A stretch of DNA of 64,000 bases from an uncultured Ferruginibacter sp. (GCA_964654325.1 CAZZJF010000001.1:6606-70605); one strand, 5' to 3'. Counted from the stretch's first letter, positions 49,042 to 59,044 are shown. Notes: generated by a model not told the origin, from the letters alone. Made by a program: numbers and translations.

Positions 49042-49831
49042 TGTCAGACGATTCCCCTTTCTGGGCTTTTTCTTAATAGCTGCCCTATCACCGAATGCAT
49101 CGTTCGGACAAACAACGAATGCCAATCCGCCGGCGGCTGTCCAAAAAATCTTACGATATTACAGCGACTATGTTCATTATGAAAACAATCGGTTTCTTTC
49201 CAAAAGCGGATCGACAGTAGTGTATGATGACGGCAAAAATGACAAGACATACATTGACATGATTGAACGCCCGGATGTAGAAGATCAATTCACATTTGCC
49301 TATCCGATTCCTTCTAAAAAAGCCATACGATATGATGATCCCGGTCGGATCCGGAATGACACCTTCTTCCGCATGATCTACGGACAAACCAAAGAAGCCA
49401 TAGAAGAGAACCTGACAACGATTGAGTGGTGCCCGCGCTTCAACGGAGGTGCCATACGTGTGACACGCATATTGGGGATCGATCAAAAGCTTCAAGCCAT
49501 CTCGGCCGAGCTCGAAAGCCATCCGGAATGGACCGACTGGCTAAAAGGCGGCGCCATCGCGTATGATGCAACACCCAAAAAAAGCTGGAACAGAGCACCT
49601 CACAATCTTGGCTACGCGATCGATCTCTTAATACCCGGTAAACATCATTGGCAGACTGAATGCGGATGTACACTTGAAAATGCTGTCTTAAAAGGGGGCA
49701 ATCGGCTTCCTGACGAATTGATTGCTATCTTTGAAAAAAACGGATTTATATGGGGCGGGAACTGGTATCATTATGAATCCCTGCATTTCGAATACCGGCC
49801 GGAACTGCTCCCCGACCAACCGGTACGTTAA
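49031..49831 (+). CDS. M15-family (D-Ala-D-Ala peptidase-like) metallopeptidase
   Basis: HNLGYAID, IFEKNGFIWGGNWYHYESLHFEYRPEL; start uncertain (49025/49031). Confidence 0.82.
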   Translation: MAANVRRFPFLGFFLIAALSPNASFGQTTNANPPAAVQKILRYYSDYVHYENNRFLSKSGSTVVYDDGKNDKTYIDMIERPDVEDQFTFAYPIPSKKAIRYDDPGRIRNDTFFRMIYGQTKEAIEENLTTIEWCPRFNGGAIRVTRILGIDQKLQAISAELESHPEWTDWLKGGAIAYDATPKKSWNRAPHNLGYAIDLLIPGKHHWQTECGCTLENAVLKGGNRLPDELIAIFEKNGFIWGGNWYHYESLHFEYRPELLPDQPVR

Positions 49832-49842
49832 CCGGAAACACC

Positions 49843-52140
49843 ATGCCGCCATTTCAGTTATATACGATCGGTCTGTTTTTATATTGTTTGCTTACTGTAT
49901 TACCGGCCGATGCCCAGCAAAAAGTTGTTCTTCCGTTCAAATCACTGAAAAAATCAGGCATTACGATAAGTCATACCCCCGGCAAATACGAGCAGGATCT
50001 TCTATTACAGATTCAGATGCCGGATAACATCCGTTTGTCATATACAACCAACGGGTATTATTCAGATAGCATCACTCAATACCTCGCTTCACCAATCAAC
50101 ATCCGGCAAACAACCGCATACACGTGGCGGCTGCATCGCAACGGCCGAGCCACTGATACTTTTTTTTGCGGGACCTATTTGATTCGTGAAAAAACCACAC
50201 TGCCGATCACAACACTGATCATACCCCCCACTTATCTCTTCGATCCGGTTCAAGGCATTTATGTAGGTGGCGGAAAGGTCAATGATGAAAAACCTTGGGG
50301 TAATTGTTGGAAAGACATGGAAGTCCCTGCATTCTTCGAATTTTTTCGGGAAAACGGAGATAACCCGATACATCAACACTGCGGATTGAAAATATTTGGT
50401 GGATATACCCGCGGCAATCCGGAGAAATCCATGAAAGTAACCGCCAAAAAAAAATACGGCCCCGGGAAATTTAAAGGCCGGATTTTTCCGCTTAAAGACA
50501 TTCGAACATTCAACGCGCTTGTTTTACGTGTTTCCGGCAGCGATTTCATGAAAACCCGTTTTCAAGACATGCTTTGTGCATCCCTTGCCGCCGAGATGCG
50601 CATCGACCATATGACCTATCAGCCATCGATCCTGTTTGTCAATGGCGAATATTGGGGTATTCACAATGTTCGTGAAAAAATTGACCTGACCTACCTCGAG
50701 AAAAATCATGGCGCAGACAGCGCCTCCACTGACCTTCTCCATTTTGATGGCGATCGGCTGTTCGGCAGTTCCGTTGCCTATGCGAATATGATTCAGGACT
50801 TTAAAAATCTGGAACCGAACAACCCGCGGTTCATCGAGGAAATAGAGCGTAGGATGGATGTGACGAATTATTTCAACTACATGGTTTTACAAATTTACCT
50901 GGCCAATGTAGACATGCGCGGTAACGTCAAATTCTGGCGAGCCGGAAACCTGGATGGCCGGTTTCGCTGGATATTTTATGACGCCGACTTGGGCTTTCAG
51001 GCGGAAAATCTCAACTTCCTGGCAAAACGAATCAGTCCGGTAGCCACCGACTGGTACAACCCCACCCAAAACACCTTTCTCCTCCGAAAACTCCTGTCTC
51101 ACCCAACGTTGCGTGACCGTTTTATCCGACAATATTGTCTTTTCTCGGCAACCCTACTGAGTGACTCATCCATTCAACAACGAATCAATACCTTTCACAA
51201 CTGGCTAGCCCCGGAAATGCCCAGGCACTTGAACCGCCGAACGTTCAAACAATCCGTCGCAGAATGGGAAAAGCACGTAGAAAATCTTCGCGCCTTTTCA
51301 AGAGTGAGAAATAAAACCAGTATGGCACATCTGGCCGAATGCTTTCAGCTCAAAAAACCCTATCAGCTTCAATTGACCGGCACATCAACCGATAGCCTCA
51401 ATCGAATCTGCATCAATGGGTATCCTTTACCCAGCCGGCAACTCAACGGCACCTTTTTTGGCGAAATACCATTGGATCTGTCTATTCAGCTTAAAAGTCC
51501 ATTTGAACGATTCGTGGGGTGGAGTGATGGAGAGAAGAATCCTCATCGCTCAGTTATTGAACCTAAAAACAGCGTCGTACAGCTCACGGCTAAGTTCGCA
51601 GCGCTTGAGAAATCAACCCACTATCAACAAACGTTCATCAACTGCGTACATGCACAAGTCAATGATACTTCGAAGCCATGGGTTTCCATCCGGTTAGGAA
51701 GCGGTTTGGCATATCCTATCAAGGTTTGGGAAACGGTTTCTGGTTTTCAAGCTCAGATCCAGCAAACAAAATACAGACAGGTGGTCATTGCCGCCGATAC
51801 AAGCCAGTGGCGAAAACAGTTTCCCGACCAGTCAGTCTTCCTTATTCAGGATAGCGGACTTTCCTTCGCTTCCGAAAAAATGCGATTTGGTATAGCTGAC
51901 CGGAATCACTACTTACTGGATAGCGTAGGCGTTCTGTCATCCGGATCAGACACGACGGACTATTCGTACTATGTTCGATCCGAAGCGCAACTGATACCGG
52001 CTGCAAAACCAAACTGGTATTCATCGGAATGGGGTGACGGGCTTTCTTCGGAGGTATTGATGGCTTGGCTGTTTTTAGCGGGCGGTACCAGCTTGGGTGT
52101 CCTGATCGCCCTGTGGCTGATTCGTCGGAAGCGCGTTTAG
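49843..52140 (+). CDS. CotH-family kinase with C-terminal membrane anchor
   Basis: Signal peptide; GLKIFGGYTR, PSILFVNGEYWGIHNVREKID, ANVDMRGNVK, RWIFYDADLGF; ends in a hydrophobic helix plus RRKRV. Confidence 0.85.
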   Translation: MPPFQLYTIGLFLYCLLTVLPADAQQKVVLPFKSLKKSGITISHTPGKYEQDLLLQIQMPDNIRLSYTTNGYYSDSITQYLASPINIRQTTAYTWRLHRNGRATDTFFCGTYLIREKTTLPITTLIIPPTYLFDPVQGIYVGGGKVNDEKPWGNCWKDMEVPAFFEFFRENGDNPIHQHCGLKIFGGYTRGNPEKSMKVTAKKKYGPGKFKGRIFPLKDIRTFNALVLRVSGSDFMKTRFQDMLCASLAAEMRIDHMTYQPSILFVNGEYWGIHNVREKIDLTYLEKNHGADSASTDLLHFDGDRLFGSSVAYANMIQDFKNLEPNNPRFIEEIERRMDVTNYFNYMVLQIYLANVDMRGNVKFWRAGNLDGRFRWIFYDADLGFQAENLNFLAKRISPVATDWYNPTQNTFLLRKLLSHPTLRDRFIRQYCLFSATLLSDSSIQQRINTFHNWLAPEMPRHLNRRTFKQSVAEWEKHVENLRAFSRVRNKTSMAHLAECFQLKKPYQLQLTGTSTDSLNRICINGYPLPSRQLNGTFFGEIPLDLSIQLKSPFERFVGWSDGEKNPHRSVIEPKNSVVQLTAKFAALEKSTHYQQTFINCVHAQVNDTSKPWVSIRLGSGLAYPIKVWETVSGFQAQIQQTKYRQVVIAADTSQWRKQFPDQSVFLIQDSGLSFASEKMRFGIADRNHYLLDSVGVLSSGSDTTDYSYYVRSEAQLIPAAKPNWYSSEWGDGLSSEVLMAWLFLAGGTSLGVLIALWLIRRKRV

Positions 52141-52247
52141 CCTGGCCAACCCATTCCCTGTATTTCTGTACCTTGCATTTGGATTGCTGGCGAGCAGACT
52201 GACAGACTGACCCCAGCATCAGAACCCATAAAAATTGAGATATCATT

Positions 52248-52808
52248 ATGTACAAGTGCTTATTACCCTTCGTGTTGTTAATTGTATTGAGTGCCTGCTC
52301 CAACTCCGATCAACAAGATGTTGGGAATATCTTCCCCTATTTGAAAGCCAATGGCAAATATACCTATGTGGACGCCTCCCGCAAACAGGTGATCACGGGC
52401 GAATATGACGATGCCATGCCGTTTCGCAATGGGGTGGCGGGCGTAACACAAAACGGACAGTCGTTTTACATCAATAAAGAAGGAATAAATATTTTTGGAA
52501 CTTCTTTTCAAAAAGTACGGGCTTTTAAAGATGGTGTAGGTCGGGTGAAAATCAATGATCATTGGGGCGGAATCAATAAAGATGGAAATCTCATTCTCAA
52601 AACCGAATGGGACGATCTGGAAAACTTTAGCGAAGGCATGGCCGCTGTATTGCGAAACGGGAAATGGGGTTATATAGGCAAAGACGGCAAGATCTTGATT
52701 GAACCGCAATTTGACAAAGCAGATGATTTTAAAAATGGTTTGGCCAAAGTAGAATCAGGCTCATCCTATTTTTTCATTAGCAAAGACGGTAAGATCTGGA
52801 AGGAGTAA
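52248..52808 (+). CDS. WG-repeat lipoprotein
   Basis: LSAC lipobox; repeated F.xG.A.V...GKWG.I...G. Confidence 0.9.
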   Translation: MYKCLLPFVLLIVLSACSNSDQQDVGNIFPYLKANGKYTYVDASRKQVITGEYDDAMPFRNGVAGVTQNGQSFYINKEGINIFGTSFQKVRAFKDGVGRVKINDHWGGINKDGNLILKTEWDDLENFSEGMAAVLRNGKWGYIGKDGKILIEPQFDKADDFKNGLAKVESGSSYFFISKDGKIWKE

Positions 52809-52889
52809 TAATAATTTTCTGTTAAGCTGAGCAAGATGCTGTTGTGAGCCGGAATGGATCGCTAGATTTATGGCTTATTCGGTGTGAAC

Positions 52890-53738
52890 ATGCGTTTCAA
52901 TCATTTCATTGTTTATTTACTCGCAATCAAACTAATCGCCTGCCAACAAACCGAGACAATAGCGCCAGTCTTTTCGATACCGACTCGTTCAAATCTGGCA
53001 GCTAACATCACCAAACAAGATTCATCGAAAATCTGTGGCCAAAAAGAGCTGTCAGTTGATCGCACCCATTATGTCTACCTGACTTTTGACGATGGACCCC
53101 ATGCATCGACACCGGATATTGTCAACCTGCTCACTTCCAGAAACGTCAAGAGTAGTTTTTTCATCATCGGCGACCACATAACCCGCTCCGAAAAAAATCG
53201 TTTGATTTATGAATTCCTTAAAAACACACCGAATTGTAAAATGTATAACCATACCCACACCCATGCCATAACCAACGGACAGTATAGTAATTACTACCAA
53301 TATCCAGAAGCTGTGTGGCAGGATATCCATAACAACAAAGTGTTCATGCCTGCCGATGCGCGGATTACGAGGCTACCGGGCACCAATGCATTTCGCATGA
53401 AAAATTATCGTTTCCCATCCAAGGGAGTGGGTGGAAACATGATCCGGTACCTGGATTCCATAAAATCAACCGAAGCGCTGTTGGGTTGGCATTTTGAGTG
53501 GACCAGCCGTGAGAGTACAGATACTGCTGCCGTTTCAGCCATGATAGCAGCCGTAGCTACAGATACTACCCGCCAACATCCCTTTCAACGGCACACTATT
53601 ATACTCTTCCACGATTTCCATTTTAAATCGACCGCCTCACTGAACCTGCTGGCACGTTTCATCGACGAACTTCAAGTCAAATACCATTGTACGTTTAGAT
53701 GGGCTGAGGAGTTTCCTGACATCCACGTGCCGATGTAA
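52890..53738 (+). CDS. Polysaccharide deacetylase (CE4/NodB), probable lipoprotein
   Basis: YLTFDDGP, NHTHTH, RLPG, ILFHD. Confidence 0.9.
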   Translation: MRFNHFIVYLLAIKLIACQQTETIAPVFSIPTRSNLAANITKQDSSKICGQKELSVDRTHYVYLTFDDGPHASTPDIVNLLTSRNVKSSFFIIGDHITRSEKNRLIYEFLKNTPNCKMYNHTHTHAITNGQYSNYYQYPEAVWQDIHNNKVFMPADARITRLPGTNAFRMKNYRFPSKGVGGNMIRYLDSIKSTEALLGWHFEWTSRESTDTAAVSAMIAAVATDTTRQHPFQRHTIILFHDFHFKSTASLNLLARFIDELQVKYHCTFRWAEEFPDIHVPM

Positions 53739-53787
53739 GAAAATGCGTACAATTTTCATACCTTAGAAGCCAAGGTTGTTCATACAA

Positions 53788-54957
53788 ATGAGCGCCGATC
53801 TGCCCATGCAACAGCGCTACTATTCACTCGATGTATTCAGAGGTGCCACTGTAGCGCTCATGATCCTGGTGAATAATCCCGGATCCTGGACAAATGTATT
53901 TCCGCCACTCCGTCATGCCGAATGGCATGGATGTACTCCCACCGATCTCGTTTTTCCGTTTTTTCTTTTCGCGGTTGGGAACGCCCTGGCCTTTACCATC
54001 GACCGCTATCGGCTGATGCCAGCCGGTGCTTTTTTGCGGACAATCAGCCAACGAGCGCTCTGGTTAATCTTAATCGGTGTTTTTTTAAGCTGGTGTCCTT
54101 TTTTTGTGTGGTCGCAAGATCATTGGACATTCAAAGCGTGGGAAGACATACGCTTGTTCGGTGTACTGCAACGCATTGGAATCACCTTCTTCGTGGCGTC
54201 GTTATTTCTCTACTTTTTCAAGCCTGCCTGGGTTTTGGTTATCGCCGGCCTGCTGTTGATGGCTTATTGGGGTCTATGCATTGGATGGGGCCATCCGCCA
54301 GACCCTTATTCTCCAAGCGGTTATTTCGGACATCCGATTGACCTGGCTCTTTTGGGGAAGAACCACTTGTACAAACAGGGGGCCGTTGTGGACCCGGAGG
54401 GACTCATGAGTACCCTTCCGGCCATTGTGCAGGTATGGTTGGGCTACTTTGTTGGAGATTGGATCCGGACAAAGGGGAAAACCTATGAAATGCTTGCCCG
54501 TTTGTTCGTTATCGGATGCCTGTTGACCCTGATCGGTTTATGCTGGAATCAGGTATTCCCGATCAATAAAACGATGTGGACCAGTTCGTACACGGTTTAC
54601 ACGACCGGATTGGCCATATTGGCTTTATCCTGTTTGATTTATTTCCTTGAATTCAGATCGGCAAAAGGAAGCTGGAGTGCTTGCTTCAACGTATTTGGTA
54701 AAAATCCCCTGTTTATTTTTGTCCTTAGCGGATTCCTGCCACGCATAAGCACCCTTATTCAAATCAACACCGGGCGATTTAATGACCAGGGCGAAGCCAT
54801 TTTACTCAATCCGTTTTCATGGCTCTATGAGCATATTTTTAAAAATATAGCGACCGATTTACGAATTGGCTCACTCAGTTATGCTGTTTTTCTGATATTT
54901 GTCTATTGGATGATCGTATTTTGGATGGACAAACGAAAGATTTACATTCGCGTCTGA
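53788..54957 (+). CDS. HGSNAT/DUF5009-like membrane acyltransferase
   Basis: SLDVFRG, HAEWHGCTPTDLVFPFFLF, GVLQRI, DPEGLMST, PINKTMWT. Confidence 0.88.
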   Translation: MSADLPMQQRYYSLDVFRGATVALMILVNNPGSWTNVFPPLRHAEWHGCTPTDLVFPFFLFAVGNALAFTIDRYRLMPAGAFLRTISQRALWLILIGVFLSWCPFFVWSQDHWTFKAWEDIRLFGVLQRIGITFFVASLFLYFFKPAWVLVIAGLLLMAYWGLCIGWGHPPDPYSPSGYFGHPIDLALLGKNHLYKQGAVVDPEGLMSTLPAIVQVWLGYFVGDWIRTKGKTYEMLARLFVIGCLLTLIGLCWNQVFPINKTMWTSSYTVYTTGLAILALSCLIYFLEFRSAKGSWSACFNVFGKNPLFIFVLSGFLPRISTLIQINTGRFNDQGEAILLNPFSWLYEHIFKNIATDLRIGSLSYAVFLIFVYWMIVFWMDKRKIYIRV

Positions 54958-54981
54958 TTTCCGACATCCGAATTGCACCCC

Positions 54982-55752
54982 ATGAATGGAACGTCCTCCG
55001 ATATTGCCACCATTTTGAACTCCATGGAAATACTACCCTTGGAGAAGGCAATCACCATCGACCTGATGGAGCGGTTTGATGAAAAATTTGTGGGCTCAGT
55101 CCAGCATCTGCCCGGAATATTGCGTGGAATCGAAGACCGTTTCATGGTACAGGCCACCGGCACCAAACGATACAGCGAATACAGAACGCTCTATTGGGAT
55201 ACACCTACCCTTGATTTTTTTAAAGACCACAGCCGTGGCAAATCAAAACGGGCAAAAATTCGAAAACGAATCTATACCGAAACCAACACCTCTTTTCTTG
55301 AAATCAAACGAAGCGTATCTGGTAAAACCTTTAAAACCAGGGTTCGTTCCGAATTCAATGAACAATTCACCGAAAGCGACCTCTCCTTCCTCTCGTTGAA
55401 CGGGTTTGATGGAAACAGCCTTGTGCCTATTCTCTACATCGAATATCAACGCATCATCTTATGGGATAAGGCCATGGAAGGACGAATGACCATCGACCTG
55501 GTATTTACGCCCTATCGCCACGAAAAAACCGATATATTTGACAATATTTTTATTTTTGAAATAAAAGGTTCCAGAGCGTATATCAACAAAACCATTCGCT
55601 CCATCGACTTTCCTATTGACCGAAACAGGACATCATTCACGAAATACGGCATCGGATTGATACACAGTATGGACATGGACACCCAAAACGCAAAAGGCCT
55701 CTTTACCATATATAAGAATTTACTGAAACTAAACCAACCGTTCGATGAATAA
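54982..55752 (+). CDS. VTC (polyphosphate polymerase, CYTH-like) domain protein
   Basis: RFDEKF, LYWDT, KIRKRIY, FLEIK, YQR, RMTID, FEIKG, TKY. Confidence 0.88.
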   Translation: MNGTSSDIATILNSMEILPLEKAITIDLMERFDEKFVGSVQHLPGILRGIEDRFMVQATGTKRYSEYRTLYWDTPTLDFFKDHSRGKSKRAKIRKRIYTETNTSFLEIKRSVSGKTFKTRVRSEFNEQFTESDLSFLSLNGFDGNSLVPILYIEYQRIILWDKAMEGRMTIDLVFTPYRHEKTDIFDNIFIFEIKGSRAYINKTIRSIDFPIDRNRTSFTKYGIGLIHSMDMDTQNAKGLFTIYKNLLKLNQPFDE

Positions 55753-56311
55753 CACCGTGATGTTAAGCCACCTGGGAATTGTTTTTTTATTGTTGATCGC
55801 CTATGGCATACTCTACCTGTTGCTGAGGAAAAACACCTTGTATTTCGTTTCTTCCACAATGATTGGCTTGGGAACATTTGCACTCATGTACGTTACCAAT
55901 AAAAATGAAGTGGGCGTGGGTACGGGCCTTGGACTCTTTGCCATTTTTGGCATCCTTCGTTACCGGACGGAACAAGTTCCCATCATTGAAATGACGTACC
56001 TGTTTCTGTCAATAACCATGGCCGTCATCATTGCCATGGCTGACAACTTGATTTTTAGTTTCTCTGAAGCGATCATCACCGACATCATCATCATGGTCTT
56101 GTCGTTGATCTTATTTTTTGTCCATCAACGGAATGAAACAAACGAAGTCGAGGTTCTTGTAGATTCCTTGGATTGGATGCAGTCTACAGAAGCAGAGAAA
56201 ATTAAGTTCCTTCAAGGAAAAACGATGGGTAAAATTACCGGTTACCGAGTCATGTATATTGACTGGCTGAAAGAAACATGCCGTGTGATGGTTACCCAAA
56301 AAGTGCATTGA
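55745..56311 (+). CDS. DUF4956-like membrane protein
   Basis: VGTGLGLFAIFGILRYRTE...EMTYLF; overlaps the VTC gene by 8 nt. Confidence 0.88.
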   Translation: MNNTVMLSHLGIVFLLLIAYGILYLLLRKNTLYFVSSTMIGLGTFALMYVTNKNEVGVGTGLGLFAIFGILRYRTEQVPIIEMTYLFLSITMAVIIAMADNLIFSFSEAIITDIIIMVLSLILFFVHQRNETNEVEVLVDSLDWMQSTEAEKIKFLQGKTMGKITGYRVMYIDWLKETCRVMVTQKVH

Positions 56312-56357
56312 TTATTCATCTCAGTTGTTCGTTTTTTCGTTCGAACAACGTTCGCAC

Positions 56358-57584
56358 ATGCATACTTCAGCCCGATACCATACTGTTTTCAATATCGCCG
56401 TTTTAGCGGCCGGTTTGGGATTTTTCATCGATGCGTTTGACTTATTCCTGTTCAATGTATACCGAATCCCTTCATTGAAAGACCTGCACATTGAGGCAGC
56501 GGATATCCAATCGAAAGGTGAATTTTTATTGGCTGTTCAGATGGCGGGCATGATGGTTGGAGGTATTCTTTCGGGCATGCTGGCCGACCGAAACGGCCGC
56601 GCAACGGTGCTAATGGGTTCAATTGTCCTCTATTCGCTGGCCAATATCGCCAATGGTTTTGTTCAGGATGTTAACACATACGCGATCATCCGCTTTCTGG
56701 CTGGCGTGGGTCTTGCCGGTGAGTTGGGAGCGGGGATTGCGTTGGTAGGCGAAAACATGTCTGCTGAAAAAAGAGGGTATGGAACCATACTGGTTGCTAC
56801 CATGGGTGGTTTAGGCGCCGTATCAGCCGGATTGGCCGCTACGTTTATTCCCTGGCGTTATGCCTTCATCGGTGCCGGCTTCACCGGATTTTTACTTTTA
56901 TTTCTTCGGATGCGTTCGATGGAAACCGGTTTGTTTCAAAAAGTAAAGGCACAACAAATGCCCCGCGGCAGTTTTTGGCTTTTATTCGCATCAAAAAAAC
57001 GCAGTTTACTTTATTTATCATGCATTCTAGTGGGTATTCCCATCTGGTACAGTGTGGGCTTGCTTATAACCCTTTCACCCGAATTAGCCCGGCTGCATCA
57101 ATTGAGCGGTCTGGAACTTGGATTTTGTTTCATGCTATTCCAGACAGGTATTACGCTGGGCGATCTGAGCAGCGGCCTCTTTAGTCAATTCATTCGCTCG
57201 AGAAAGAAAGCCATCCTGTTGTTTATGGGCATGGCCATCACCGGTACTATCCTGCATTTTTTTCAGCTATATCAACAGCACGCCATTGAGTGGACTTCTT
57301 TTCTGATGGGATTGGGCTGTGGCTATCTGTCTGTGTTTGTGACATTAACCGCCGAACAGTTCGGCACCAATTTGCGCGTAACGGCAACGGCAACCGTCAC
57401 CAATTTCATGCGTGGGGCTGTGGTTATTCTGGTCCCGTTTCATCAATGGCTCGAATCGCGCTGGCAGATTACGCTAACTGAATCCCTGATGATAACCGGT
57501 GGATTGGTTTGGCTGTTGGCTTTACTCGGTTTGGCCTACCTGCATGAAACCTACGGCCGAGACCTGGATTTCATTGAATCCTAA
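56358..57584 (+). CDS. MFS transporter
   Basis: About 12 hydrophobic segments; GMLADRNGR, RFLAGVGLAGE, EQFGTNLRVT. Confidence 0.92.
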   Translation: MHTSARYHTVFNIAVLAAGLGFFIDAFDLFLFNVYRIPSLKDLHIEAADIQSKGEFLLAVQMAGMMVGGILSGMLADRNGRATVLMGSIVLYSLANIANGFVQDVNTYAIIRFLAGVGLAGELGAGIALVGENMSAEKRGYGTILVATMGGLGAVSAGLAATFIPWRYAFIGAGFTGFLLLFLRMRSMETGLFQKVKAQQMPRGSFWLLFASKKRSLLYLSCILVGIPIWYSVGLLITLSPELARLHQLSGLELGFCFMLFQTGITLGDLSSGLFSQFIRSRKKAILLFMGMAITGTILHFFQLYQQHAIEWTSFLMGLGCGYLSVFVTLTAEQFGTNLRVTATATVTNFMRGAVVILVPFHQWLESRWQITLTESLMITGGLVWLLALLGLAYLHETYGRDLDFIES

Positions 57585-57632
57585 TGCACGTTGATCCATT
57601 CAACAGAACGGTCGGTGCATGGAAAATTGCCC

Positions 57633-57640
57633 TACTTTTG
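57633..57640 (+). promoter_or_regulatory. -7 promoter element for lutB
   Basis: TACTTTTG 8 nt before ATG 57649. Confidence 0.5.
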
Positions 57641-57648
57641 TACTTGAT

Positions 57649-59037
57649 ATGCACCCTGCTACCACTTCCTTCCTGGAAAAAAGTGCCCGTAAAGCCGCCG
57701 ATCTCGATCATCGTCGTAAAATCTTGTTCAATATCGGCAAATACGATGCCTCTGTAAAAAAAGGCAAGCAACAATTCAGTGATTTGGAAACTGCCCGGAA
57801 GCGTGCGAAAAACATCAAATGGCGTGCGATTGAAACGCTGGATCAGCAACTGGAATCCTTCGAGCTGGCTTTTACCCGTCGCGGAGGTAAAGTAATCTGG
57901 GCAGAAAACGCGCAGCAAGCCATGGATGAAATTTTGCGTATCTGCCAGGCCAAGCAGTGTAAAACACTGGTAAAAAGTAAAAGCATGGTCACCGAGGAAA
58001 TCCACCTCAACCAGCACCTGGAAGCAGCCGGTATCGACAGTGTGGAAACCGATCTGGGTGAATATATTCAGCAACTCGATGGCGAGCCTCCCTATCACAT
58101 TGTTACGCCGGCCATGCATAAAAGTAAAGAAGACGTAGCTGATCTCTTTTCCCGCAAGCTGGGTACCGATCCAAATCTAACCCCTGAACAGCTAACTCAA
58201 GTCGCCAGAAAAATCCTTAGAAAAAAATATGTGCAGGCGCAAGTCGGTGTAACTGGCGCCAATTTCATCCTTAGTGATATTGGTGGCGTGGCAATTACAG
58301 AGAATGAGGGAAACGCACGACTCTCCTGCGCTTTTCCGGAAACCCATATCGTGATCGCAGGCATCGAGAAAGTGATTCCGTCAATAAATGACCTGGCTTT
58401 ATTTTGGCCGCTGCTAAGTACGTTTGGCACCGGTCAACAGCTCACTGTTTACAACACCATCTTGACCGGTCCGCGACAGCGCGGCGAAACCGATGGGCCC
58501 ACCGAAATGATCGTTATTTTACTGGATAACGGACGAACCAATATTCTCAAAGACCCCATTCAGCGTGAAAGTTTATACTGTATTCGCTGTGGTGCTTGTT
58601 TGAATGCCTGTCCCGTGTATAAAAATATTGGCGGCCACAGTTACGAAACAACGTACAGTGGTCCGATCGGCAGTGTGATCACCCCCAATATGGCGGGCAT
58701 GGAATCGTTTAAGCATCTCAGTTATGCTTCTTCACTTTGTGGCAACTGTACTGAAGTCTGCGCCGTTAAGATCAACCTTCACGAACTGTTACTCCATAAT
58801 CGGGCCAATTCTGTAAAAGAGGGCTTGGGACCTTTGTCTGAAAAAATGGCCTGGAAAGCTTGGCGAATCGCCAATCTTTACCGTGGGCTGATGAACAGTG
58901 CGCCCGGACAGGTCAAATCGGCTGTTGTTAATAGACTGTTCACGCAATGGACCAAGCACCGATCCGATTTGTCGTTCAGTTCAAAAACGTTCAATCAGCG
59001 TTGGCAAGAAAAACAAAAAAAAGGCAAGTCCTCCTGA
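57649..59037 (+). CDS. lutB: Lactate utilisation Fe-S protein B (LutB/LldF/YkgF)
   Basis: VKSKSMVTEEI, ETDLGEYI, TENEGNA, CIRCGACLNACPVY, SSLCGNCTEVC. Confidence 0.93.
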   Translation: MHPATTSFLEKSARKAADLDHRRKILFNIGKYDASVKKGKQQFSDLETARKRAKNIKWRAIETLDQQLESFELAFTRRGGKVIWAENAQQAMDEILRICQAKQCKTLVKSKSMVTEEIHLNQHLEAAGIDSVETDLGEYIQQLDGEPPYHIVTPAMHKSKEDVADLFSRKLGTDPNLTPEQLTQVARKILRKKYVQAQVGVTGANFILSDIGGVAITENEGNARLSCAFPETHIVIAGIEKVIPSINDLALFWPLLSTFGTGQQLTVYNTILTGPRQRGETDGPTEMIVILLDNGRTNILKDPIQRESLYCIRCGACLNACPVYKNIGGHSYETTYSGPIGSVITPNMAGMESFKHLSYASSLCGNCTEVCAVKINLHELLLHNRANSVKEGLGPLSEKMAWKAWRIANLYRGLMNSAPGQVKSAVVNRLFTQWTKHRSDLSFSSKTFNQRWQEKQKKGKSS

Positions 59038-59044
59038 CAGGACA

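Noticed and set aside
52195-52210. CAGACTGA tandem duplicate in an intergenic gap
   Set aside because: Only two 8-bp copies; no supporting context
58898-59044. 140-nt overlap of the deacetylase ORF with lutB
   Set aside because: GTG 59045 or TTG 59054 removes the overlap
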